This document shows, one piece after another, positions 1 through 7,708 of a stretch of 64,000 nucleotides of DNA; position 1 is the stretch's first letter; every line of letters begins with the position of its first letter. The notes beneath the pieces are model-generated. The model did no database searches. It was not told the DNA's origin and was given only the letters and a program-made list of their open reading frames with translations. A program made the translations under genes and the position numbers. Origin of the DNA: an uncultured bacterium (GTDB lineage Bacteria; Omnitrophota; Omnitrophia; Omnitrophales; Aquincolibacteriaceae); contig CAYPIR010000008.1 of the NCBI GenBank assembly GCA_964410905.1, positions 19,019 to 83,018 on the forward strand. The letters run 5' to 3'.

Positions 1-1
1 A

Positions 2-1399
2 ACAATTTTTGTCGATGGATTTCGTCTTGTTTTAGAAAAAACAAATTCACCGGTTGTGCTGACAACGCTTTTGGCTGAAGGTGTAGGCGGCGGAATCCAA
101 ACAGTCGCAACATTTATTCCACCGATATTTTTTATGTTCTTCTGTCTCGCTATTTTGGAAGACTCGGGTTATATGGCGCGCGCGGCGTTTGTTATGGACC
201 GTTTTATGCGCTGGATTGGACTTTCGGGAAAAGCGTTTGTTCCGCTTCTTGTCGGCTTCGGTTGTAATGTGCCGGCTATTATGGCTACAAGAACGCTTGA
301 AAACGAACGCGACAGAGTTTTAACAATTATGATGAATCCTTTTATGTCTTGCGGCGCGAGATTGCCTGTTTACGCGCTTTTTGCCGCGGCATTTTTCCCA
401 ACAAACGGCGGAATAGTAATTTACGCACTTTATCTTACAGGAATTATCCTCGCGATTTTAACCGGGCTGATGCTTAAAAAAACTGTTTTGCAAGGACGCC
501 CGGCACCGTTTATTTTAGAGCTTCCGCCTTATCATATACCGACGCTTCGAGGCGTTTTAACCCACGCATGGACGAGGCTTAAAGCATTTTCTTTCCGCGC
601 GGGTAAAGCGATTTTGCTTGTCGTGGTAATTTTGAGTTTTTTGAATTCTATCGGAACGGACGGCACGTTCGGCAACAATAACAGCGAAAAATCTGTGCTA
701 AGCAAAATTGGGAAATCAGTTGTTACCATTTTTAAACCTATGGGCATGAGAGATGATAATTGGCCTGCTGCGGTAGGAATTTTCACGGGAATTTTTGCTA
801 AAGAAGCCGTTGTTGGAACGCTGGACGCGATTTATGCCCAAATAGACGCTGAAGAAAAAACTGATGAAGAAGGTGCCGAAGAGGAAAAAGAATTTAGTAT
901 CTTGAACGGATTAAAAGACGCGGTTTTGACTATTCCGGAAAACCTCTCAGAGCTAAAATTACCTTTTTCGCTTGCGGGATTAATTGGCGCGGATATTGAC
1001 GCGGCAAAAGAAGATTTAGAAGTTGGAGACGAGACTTATAGCGCTATTAGAAAACGTTTTGACGGACAAGCCGGAGCTTTTGCGTACTTGCTGATGATTC
1101 TTCTCTACATGCCGTGTGTGGCCGCGATTTCCGCTGTGTATCGAGAACTTAACATGGGTTGGACGGTTTTTGCGGCGGTGTATTTGTCAGTATTAGCGTG
1201 GATCACTTCAACTTTATTTTATCAAATCGCTAGATTTAGTGAACATCCGGAAAGTTCGCTTGGATGGATACTTTTTTGTGTTGGAATTTTGACGATATTT
1301 GTTTTGGTGTTGCGCAAAATTTCAGTTCGGAAACATTTGTCCGAATATGTGCCTCCAAGCAAATGTGGAAATGGAAAGTGCGGCGGCTGTTGTTGTTAA
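2..1399 (+). CDS. feoB: Ferrous iron transporter FeoB, C-terminal membrane domain. The gene is 5'-partial: the frame is open from the window start, and the ORF-track start at 56 is an internal GTG.
   Basis: Translation has the polytopic FeoB membrane region (GFGCNVPAIMATRTLE..., gate-motif-like segments). No stop in frame between positions 2 and 56. Ends in a Cys-rich tail, KCGNGKCGGCCC. Confidence 0.85.
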   Translation, partial: TIFVDGFRLVLEKTNSPVVLTTLLAEGVGGGIQTVATFIPPIFFMFFCLAILEDSGYMARAAFVMDRFMRWIGLSGKAFVPLLVGFGCNVPAIMATRTLENERDRVLTIMMNPFMSCGARLPVYALFAAAFFPTNGGIVIYALYLTGIILAILTGLMLKKTVLQGRPAPFILELPPYHIPTLRGVLTHAWTRLKAFSFRAGKAILLVVVILSFLNSIGTDGTFGNNNSEKSVLSKIGKSVVTIFKPMGMRDDNWPAAVGIFTGIFAKEAVVGTLDAIYAQIDAEEKTDEEGAEEEKEFSILNGLKDAVLTIPENLSELKLPFSLAGLIGADIDAAKEDLEVGDETYSAIRKRFDGQAGAFAYLLMILLYMPCVAAISAVYRELNMGWTVFAAVYLSVLAWITSTLFYQIARFSEHPESSLGWILFCVGILTIFVLVLRKISVRKHLSEYVPPSKCGNGKCGGCCC

Positions 1400-1413
1400 T
1401 GTATTAGCCTATG

Positions 1414-1480
1414 GAAATTAGTTTTTAATTCTAAACCTCCGCGTATTTTCATAGCATAGTTTGCCGTTAGAAACTAATTT
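1414..1480. repeat. AT-rich imperfect inverted repeat downstream of feoB; possible weak terminator or regulatory hairpin.
   Basis: aaattagttt (1416-1425) pairs with aaactaattt (1471-1480). The flanking ttctaa(a)c / gttagaa extend the stem. A T-rich tract follows. Confidence 0.3.
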
Positions 1481-1591
1481 TACTCTTTTGTTTCTCGGCA
1501 TATGTTTTCACTTATAGGTTTATGATATTTTATCATTCTTACTTGAAGAGCGGTTGAGCCCGGCTTACTCTAGTGTTAAAATGCTCAATCT

Positions 1592-2209
1592 ATGAAAAAA
1601 AACAACGCTATTAAAGCCGTTATTTTTGACCTCGGGAATGTTCTGATTAATTATGATGTTCATACTGCCGCACGAAATTTTTCTAAAATTTCCGGTATCT
1701 CTGAGAAAGAAATCTGGCGGCGGTTTTTCCTCTCAAACTTTGAGCAATCCTACACGCGCGGCGAAATAACAACACGCGAGTTTTATCTAAAAGCTTCTGA
1801 AGCGCTTGGCATCAAAATCCCATTTAAAACTTTTTGCCATTACTGGAACAATATTTTTTGTGAAAATAACGGCATGGCAAAACTTCTCAGCGAACTTAAA
1901 AAAAATTATCCGCTTTATCTTATCTCCAATACAAACGAACTTCACTTCAACTATGTCCGTAAGCAGTTTAATATTTTAAAGTTTTTCAAAAGAACATTTC
2001 CATCGCATAAAATCGGAGCGAGAAAGCCCGATCCTAAAATTTATAGAAGAGTGCTGCGTCAAATAAATCTTAAACCGCAAGAAGTAATTTTTATTGATGA
2101 TATGAAAAGTTTTGTGGCTGGCGCGAAACGTGTTGGGATTTATGCCGTCCGATTTCAAAGTGTTTTAAAACTTCGAGCGGTTTTGAAAAAAATAGGCATT
2201 CGATTCTAA
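1592..2209 (+). CDS. HAD-superfamily hydrolase (subfamily IA-like).
   Basis: N-terminal FDLGNVL (DxD-like motif I), a conserved S/T (ISNTN), and K...DD motifs (ARKPDPKIY, FIDDM). Confidence 0.7.
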   Translation: MKKNNAIKAVIFDLGNVLINYDVHTAARNFSKISGISEKEIWRRFFLSNFEQSYTRGEITTREFYLKASEALGIKIPFKTFCHYWNNIFCENNGMAKLLSELKKNYPLYLISNTNELHFNYVRKQFNILKFFKRTFPSHKIGARKPDPKIYRRVLRQINLKPQEVIFIDDMKSFVAGAKRVGIYAVRFQSVLKLRAVLKKIGIRF

Positions 2210-3051
2210 TGAATCAACTCAAAACCATTTTTTTGCTAACCTTATTGGGCGGTTTGTTTGCATGGTGCGGCAGCGTTTTGGGCGGCGTAAAAGGTCTGAT
2301 AACGGCGTTTGGTTTATCGCTGGCTATATGTCTTTATTCTTGGTTTATGAGCGACAGGATTGTTCTTTCATCTTATAGGGCACAACTTCTTAAACCGCTT
2401 GACGCACCTGAGGTTTTTGAAATCGTGAAAAATCTTTCTTCAGAGGCCAAACTGTCCATGCCGAAACTTTATGTTTTGCCTTCCGCCGCAGCCAACGCCT
2501 TTGCCACAGGAAGAAATCCTAAACATTCAGCGATAGCCGTAACTCATGGATTAGTGAAACTCCTTAACAAAGAAGAACTTTCCGGCGTTTTGGCACATGA
2601 GTTAGCGCATATAAAATCTCGCGATACTCTTATATCAACAGTAGCCGCAACAATTTGCGGAGCGTTGACAACGTTGGTTTCATTTTCGCGGTTTGGGTTT
2701 GTTTGGGGCGGGGAACGTGATGAACGAGACAGAGATAATCCGTTACCGTTTTTGATTATGGTAATTATTATGCCTATTGTTGCGGCTTTAATAAGATTTT
2801 CCATTTCTAGAGCGCGAGAATATTCTGCGGATGCTTATAGCGCCAAACTTTGCAAAACGCCGGATTATTTAATAAGCGCATTGATGAAACTTGATTCCGT
2901 TAAAGGAAAATATTCGCTATATGAGGCATCTCCCGCGAGTTTGCATATTTTCATAATACGTCCCGTCATGAAAATGAATTGGGCGGGCATATTTTCCACA
3001 CATCCTTCGACAGAAGAGCGTATACAAAAACTAGAACAGTATTGGCAATAG
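2209..3051 (+). CDS. htpX: Zinc metalloprotease HtpX (M48 family).
   Basis: N-terminal TM helices, HELAHIKSRD (HExxH) motif, C-terminal TM pair. Start overlaps the stop of the upstream gene. Confidence 0.85.
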   Translation: MNQLKTIFLLTLLGGLFAWCGSVLGGVKGLITAFGLSLAICLYSWFMSDRIVLSSYRAQLLKPLDAPEVFEIVKNLSSEAKLSMPKLYVLPSAAANAFATGRNPKHSAIAVTHGLVKLLNKEELSGVLAHELAHIKSRDTLISTVAATICGALTTLVSFSRFGFVWGGERDERDRDNPLPFLIMVIIMPIVAALIRFSISRAREYSADAYSAKLCKTPDYLISALMKLDSVKGKYSLYEASPASLHIFIIRPVMKMNWAGIFSTHPSTEERIQKLEQYWQ

Positions 3052-3146
3052 ATTAATAATTCTAAATGATTGACGTTCTCAATAGCGATGATTTAGAATA
3101 ACCCAATTTCAAATAACCCATCTTCAATTTGCATAAGGAGAGAAAA

Positions 3147-3461
3147 ATGGCTTACGTTATTACAGGAAAATGTCACGGTGAACGTTATGGATTATGTGCG
3201 ACGGTTTGTCCGACAGGGGCGATTTCGCCGGGGACATATCAAGGTAAGGATTTTATGGTAATTGATCCCGAACTTTGTATTTCGTGCGGCGCGTGCGCTG
3301 CCGAGTGCCCTGTCGGTTCAATAGTCGAATCAGAAGACCTTTCTCCTGATTGGGCAAAAGTGAATGCGGAGCTTGCTTCTCAATTTAAAAACAACCCGCC
3401 CGTCACGCCGCGCTCCAGGGACGAAGCTCCAAAAAATCCAGAAAACAAAAAAGTTTCTTAG
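3147..3461 (+). CDS. 2x[4Fe-4S] ferredoxin.
   Basis: Two Cys clusters, CATVCPTGAI and CISCGACAAECP. AGGAG RBS sits 8 nt before the ATG at 3147. The ORF track starts earlier at 3129. Confidence 0.8.
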   Translation: MAYVITGKCHGERYGLCATVCPTGAISPGTYQGKDFMVIDPELCISCGACAAECPVGSIVESEDLSPDWAKVNAELASQFKNNPPVTPRSRDEAPKNPENKKVS

Positions 3462-3488
3462 TTTCGTTATTTTATGGAAAGATAACTT

Positions 3489-4064
3489 GTGAACGGCTTT
3501 GTAGATCCTCTCGATAAGATTTTTGATGGCTACATAAAAAATATATGCGAAGACAGCATTGCCATTAAAACTTTCTTTAGAGCTTTGTCTCTTGTTGGGA
3601 TTGGAGCTCGTCCAGTACTGGACCATATAATCTTTAGGACATCTTCTCCGCGCCAAATAATCGCTCCATTTTTGGAATTTGGATATGGCCGCGATTTAAA
3701 CGCGCGAATTTTGCCTGATAGTTCTTCATGGGAAATTTACCGTTGCGAAAACGCTCCCGCAATATTGCTTTCAATTCCGCATACAAAAGAAGAATTGGAT
3801 TGGCTTAATCGTTGGGAAGATGACCATCCTTATGTAATCGCCGTCCGCGTTAAAGATATAGATCAGGCTGTGTTTAATCTTGAAAAACAAGGCGTAATTT
3901 TTCTGCGGCCGTCTACCGGCTCGGCTAAAGAGAATCTTCGCGAAATAGCAATCGCGCCTAGCACTGTAGAGGGAATGGATAAAAGTTTTTTACTTTTGGT
4001 TGAGAGACATCAACAATCGCGAGATTTTTATGCGCCTAATTTTTGGCGTAGATTTAATGTTTAA
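3489..4064 (+). CDS. Hypothetical protein (GTG start; function unknown).
   Basis: 191-aa ORF in a gene-dense region on the coding strand of its neighbours. No motif I can assign with confidence. Confidence 0.4.
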   Translation: MNGFVDPLDKIFDGYIKNICEDSIAIKTFFRALSLVGIGARPVLDHIIFRTSSPRQIIAPFLEFGYGRDLNARILPDSSSWEIYRCENAPAILLSIPHTKEELDWLNRWEDDHPYVIAVRVKDIDQAVFNLEKQGVIFLRPSTGSAKENLREIAIAPSTVEGMDKSFLLLVERHQQSRDFYAPNFWRRFNV

Positions 4065-4072
4065 GAGAGAAA

Positions 4073-5074
4073 ATGATTATTGGACTTTGTGGTAAAAACG
4101 GTTCGGGCAAAGGCGAGGCGGCGAAATTTTTAAAAGAACGTGCTTTTCAATACCACTCGCTTTCAGACGCTATTCGTGAAGAAGCGCAAAAACGCGACCT
4201 GGAAATTTCTCGCGAAACTTTGATCGCGCTTGGAACAGAGCTTCGCGCGAAAGGCGGGGCGGGAGTTTTGGCGGAAAGAATTTTTGAAAAATTAGATCTA
4301 GAAAAAAATTACGTAATTGATTCAATTCGTCATCCCGCAGAGATACAAGTTTTAAGACGCAGAAAAGATTTTATATTAATTCAAATTGTGGCGGATGAAA
4401 AAACTCGTTTTGAGCGGATGAAAATTCGCGCGCGAGAAAAAGACCCTCAAGATTGGGATTCGTTTCAGAAGCTGGAAGAAAAAGAAGCGGCAAGCAGTAA
4501 TGCTGCCGCTCAACAAGTAAACCAAGCCATCGAACTTGCCGACATTGTCATAGATAACAATGCTGAGATAGAAAAACTCCACGAAGCATTGAAAAAAATT
4601 CTTTTAGAAATCACCCAAAAAACTCCGCGTCCCGATTGGGATGAATACTTTATGAATATCGCCAAAGCTGTCGCGCTTCGGTCTAATTGCATGAAACGCA
4701 AAATAGCAGCGGTTATTGTGAAAGACAGACGCATTATCTCCACGGGGTATAACGGAACGCCTCGCGGAATTAAAAATTGCAATGAAGGTGGATGTCCGCG
4801 TTGTAACGCTGTCGAGACTTCTGGGAAAGATCTTGGCGAATGCCTTTGCTCTCACGGAGAAGAAAATGCCATTGTTCAAGCGGCATATCACGGAGTCAGC
4901 ATTAAAGGCGCGACTCTTTATACCACTTTTTCGCCATGTCTTATGTGTACCAAAATGATTATTAACGCGGGGATTTCCAAAGTCGTGTATCAGGCGAGCT
5001 ATCCTTTCCTAGATATTTCACTCAGGCTTTTAGGCGAAGCAGGCGTTGTTGTTAGTAAAATGGCCGTTGCTTAA
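4073..5074 (+). CDS. Fusion protein: N-terminal P-loop nucleoside/nucleotide kinase-like domain plus C-terminal dCMP deaminase (cytidine/deoxycytidylate deaminase zinc-binding domain).
   Basis: N-terminus GLCGKNGSGKGE (Walker A). C-terminal half has HGEENAI and SPCLMC zinc ligands, plus an extra GGCPRC structural zinc site typical of dCMP deaminases. Confidence 0.7.
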   Translation: MIIGLCGKNGSGKGEAAKFLKERAFQYHSLSDAIREEAQKRDLEISRETLIALGTELRAKGGAGVLAERIFEKLDLEKNYVIDSIRHPAEIQVLRRRKDFILIQIVADEKTRFERMKIRAREKDPQDWDSFQKLEEKEAASSNAAAQQVNQAIELADIVIDNNAEIEKLHEALKKILLEITQKTPRPDWDEYFMNIAKAVALRSNCMKRKIAAVIVKDRRIISTGYNGTPRGIKNCNEGGCPRCNAVETSGKDLGECLCSHGEENAIVQAAYHGVSIKGATLYTTFSPCLMCTKMIINAGISKVVYQASYPFLDISLRLLGEAGVVVSKMAVA

Positions 5075-5078
5075 AATC

Positions 5079-6173
5079 ATGCCTAAAGATTTTGAAAAAA
5101 ATTTGATAGAAAAAATAAAAGAAGGCAATATCTCCAAAAAATTTGGACGACTCACGATTTTTTTAGCACGCGAATTTGGATTCTGTTATGGAGTTGAGCG
5201 AGCGGTGCAGTATGCATACGACACTTGCAAGAGATTTCCTGGAAAACGCGTTTTTCTCACCAACGAAATTATTCATAATCCTAGAGTGAACTTTGAACTT
5301 CAAAATATGGGTGTTGAAATTTTGGCGGATGAAAACGCGGCTTCTAAAATCACAGAAGACGATATTGTGATTATGCCGGCGTTTGGCGTAACGGCAGAAT
5401 CGCTCAAAAGATTTCGCGAAAAAAAATGCGTAATAGTTGACACAACTTGCGGTTCCGTGATGAGCGTTTGGAAAAGAATAGAAATGTTTAATCGCGAAAA
5501 ATTCACGGCGGTTATTCACGGTAAATACGACCATGAAGAAACTCGTGCCACTTGTTCGCGTGCGGAAAAGTATCTCGTCGTCCGAAATAAGGAACAAGCG
5601 CAGCTTGTTTGTGATTACATTTTAGGGAATGCGACAAGAGACGTTTTTGACAAAGTGTTCAACGCGGCGTGCTCCGCGGGATTTAATCCAAGCGAAGACC
5701 TTGGAAAAATTGGATTTGCGAATCAGACAACAATGCTTTCAAGAGAGTCTATAGAAATTTCTGAGCTGTTTAAAAAAACGCTTTGCGCGAAGTTCGGCAG
5801 CGGAGAAGTGGAAGCGCGCTTTCGTAAGTTTGATACCATTTGCTCTGCCACGCAAGATAGACAGGACGCGATAAGAGAACTTGGCGAAAAGAAACCAAAT
5901 GTTATACTTGTCATTGGAGGCTATCGCTCAAGCAATACGGGGCATCTAGTGGAGCTTGCTTCAGAGTTTTGCCGAGCATTTCATGTGGAAGATTCGTCTT
6001 CACTTATTTCTAATGAGAAAATAAGGCATAAAAAAACAGGCTCGCAAGAAATTTTAGAAACATTGAATTGGCTGCCCAAGGATGAGGTCTCAGTAGGAAT
6101 TACGGCAGGAGCGTCAACACCTAACAAAGTCGTGGAAGAAGTTATTCAAAGATTGGTCGAAGTGGCAAAATAA
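5079..6173 (+). CDS. ispH: 4-hydroxy-3-methylbut-2-enyl diphosphate reductase IspH/LytB.
   Basis: Conserved IspH blocks FCYGVERAV, VDTTCGSV, ANQTTM, CSATQDRQDA. Start chosen at the ATG at 5079, after the stop of the upstream gene. Confidence 0.85.
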   Translation: MPKDFEKNLIEKIKEGNISKKFGRLTIFLAREFGFCYGVERAVQYAYDTCKRFPGKRVFLTNEIIHNPRVNFELQNMGVEILADENAASKITEDDIVIMPAFGVTAESLKRFREKKCVIVDTTCGSVMSVWKRIEMFNREKFTAVIHGKYDHEETRATCSRAEKYLVVRNKEQAQLVCDYILGNATRDVFDKVFNAACSAGFNPSEDLGKIGFANQTTMLSRESIEISELFKKTLCAKFGSGEVEARFRKFDTICSATQDRQDAIRELGEKKPNVILVIGGYRSSNTGHLVELASEFCRAFHVEDSSSLISNEKIRHKKTGSQEILETLNWLPKDEVSVGITAGASTPNKVVEEVIQRLVEVAK

Positions 6174-6232
6174 TTGTGAGAGAAATAATGGGTAAAGTGC
6201 GTTATGTAATAAAAACCAAAAAGGAGAGCAAA

Positions 6233-6550
6233 ATGAAGAAAATATTAGCGGTTATGTTGGGATTAGGAATGATTTTGTCATTGTCCGCAGTTGGTATCGC
6301 GGCCTGGTCCGATGATATTGTAAATGTCGGAGACAAAGTCCAAACCACGGTTTCTTCCGTTAGCGACGCAGTAGATGCTGTAACCACTGACGTTGCAGAA
6401 ACCGATTTTGATGGTTCTGATTTTATTACAACAGATATAGAAGCAACAGAATTTGTTCCTAGCGCAGATGATATCGAGGAAATCGCGGATGATGTCGCCG
6501 CTGATTCTGAAGAAATAACAGATGTAGAGCCAGAAGTTGTAGTTGAATAA
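6233..6550 (+). CDS. Small secreted acidic protein (signal peptide, D/E-rich).
   Basis: GGAG RBS before the ATG at 6233. N-terminus MKKILAVMLGLGMILSLSAVGIA reads as a signal peptide. Remainder is highly acidic. Confidence 0.5.
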   Translation: MKKILAVMLGLGMILSLSAVGIAAWSDDIVNVGDKVQTTVSSVSDAVDAVTTDVAETDFDGSDFITTDIEATEFVPSADDIEEIADDVAADSEEITDVEPEVVVE

Positions 6551-6564
6551 TATTTTGAAAAAGT

Positions 6565-6600
6565 CGGGCGTGTGTAGTAAGTGCTATACGCGCCCGATAG
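6565..6600. terminator. Bidirectional GC-rich hairpin between convergent genes.
   Basis: GTCGGGCGTGTGTAG...CTATACGCGCCCGAT forms a stem of about 13 bp. It sits between the 6550 (+) stop and the 6615 (-) stop. Confidence 0.5.
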
Positions 6601-6614
6601 CTTTGAGGTTGTTG

Positions 6615-7187
6615 TTACGCGCGTCCTGCGGCTTCTCCAGTTTCGGTATTTACACGAAGAATAGTTCCGACTTCCGCGTATAGCGGAGCTTGAACTTCTA
6701 AACCAGTTTCCAGTTTTGCCCGTTTGGTGGAGCGGCCCGATATGGAAGCACCCTTAATCGCGGGGTCGATTTCGACAATGGCGAGCTCGACATAAACAGG
6801 AAGTTCTAGCGAAACAACAAACCCGTTTAATTTTAACGCTTGCAACTCTTGATTTTCTTTGAGATAAAATTTTTGTTCGCCAAGTTTTTCGGCCGTAAAC
6901 ATAAAACTTTCATAAGTCTCATTATCCATAAAATGATACTCATTGCCTAAAACATACTGAAAAACGGCAGGGATTTTATCAACATTAGGCACATTGAATT
7001 TTTCGCCAGTCTTAAACGTTTTGTCCAGCACGGCGCCGGTTAAAAGGTTGCGGACTTTAGCTCTTACCATTGTGGAAGCGCCTCGCGCGGACGGGGCGGC
7101 GAACGAAACGTCAGTGATGAGATATGGTTGAGAGTCAATTTCGATATAGAGTTTTTTTGCGAAGTCGCTAGCTAGAAGCTGAGCCAT
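6615..7187 (-). CDS. efp: Elongation factor P.
   Basis: Full-length EF-P signature with KPGKG-like loop region (ARGASTMVRAKVRNL) and three OB domains. Confidence 0.9.
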   Translation of the reverse strand: MAQLLASDFAKKLYIEIDSQPYLITDVSFAAPSARGASTMVRAKVRNLLTGAVLDKTFKTGEKFNVPNVDKIPAVFQYVLGNEYHFMDNETYESFMFTAEKLGEQKFYLKENQELQALKLNGFVVSLELPVYVELAIVEIDPAIKGASISGRSTKRAKLETGLEVQAPLYAEVGTILRVNTETGEAAGRA

Positions 7188-7284
7188 TTGTAAAAGTCTC
7201 CATTTTTATTTGAAACAAGTTCGAGTGGAGTATTCTACATCATACCGCAAGCGAAATAGGGTTCAAAAACAAACATGGTGAAAA

Positions 7285-7695
7285 ATGTATCAAGTATCCA
7301 AAACATTGTATTTTAATTATGGGCATAGACTTTTGGGCGGGCACGACAAGTGTTCGCATCTTCACGGGCACAGCGCGCGAGTCGAAATAAAAATGTCGGT
7401 GGAAAAATTGAACAAACAAGGAATGGTAGTGGATTTTTTTGATATTAAAAAAAGCATTGGCGAGTGGATTGAAAAAAATTTAGATCACAAAATGATTCTT
7501 TGTCAAAAAGATCCACTTGTGAAGCTGCTGAAATTGGCGGGCGAGCCTGTTGTAACAATTCAAGAAAATCCCACGGCGGAACGTTTGGCATTTCTTATTT
7601 TCAAAGAAGCACGGCGAGTTAAACTGCCTGTAACAAGCGTAACGCTTTGGGAAAACCAAGATAGTTGTGCTGTCTACAAAGAATCTCTTGGATAA
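7285..7695 (+). CDS. queD: 6-carboxy-5,6,7,8-tetrahydropterin synthase QueD (PTPS family).
   Basis: N-terminal YFNYGHRL and the CxxxxHGH zinc motif (KCSHLHGHSARVEI). Confidence 0.8.
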   Translation: MYQVSKTLYFNYGHRLLGGHDKCSHLHGHSARVEIKMSVEKLNKQGMVVDFFDIKKSIGEWIEKNLDHKMILCQKDPLVKLLKLAGEPVVTIQENPTAERLAFLIFKEARRVKLPVTSVTLWENQDSCAVYKESLG

Positions 7696-7708
7696 AAACA
7701 TATCAGAT

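Noticed and set aside
532-786. Numerous short antisense or overlapping ORFs in the track (e.g. 532-786, 4376-4891, 5163-5597, 8251-8595, 9949-10353, 25138-25521, 27532-27921, 38639-39055, 53392-53832, 55263-57107, 62160-63121).
   Set aside because: Each is embedded in a longer, well-supported CDS on the opposite strand or in another frame and has no RBS or recognisable motif. Treated as spurious.
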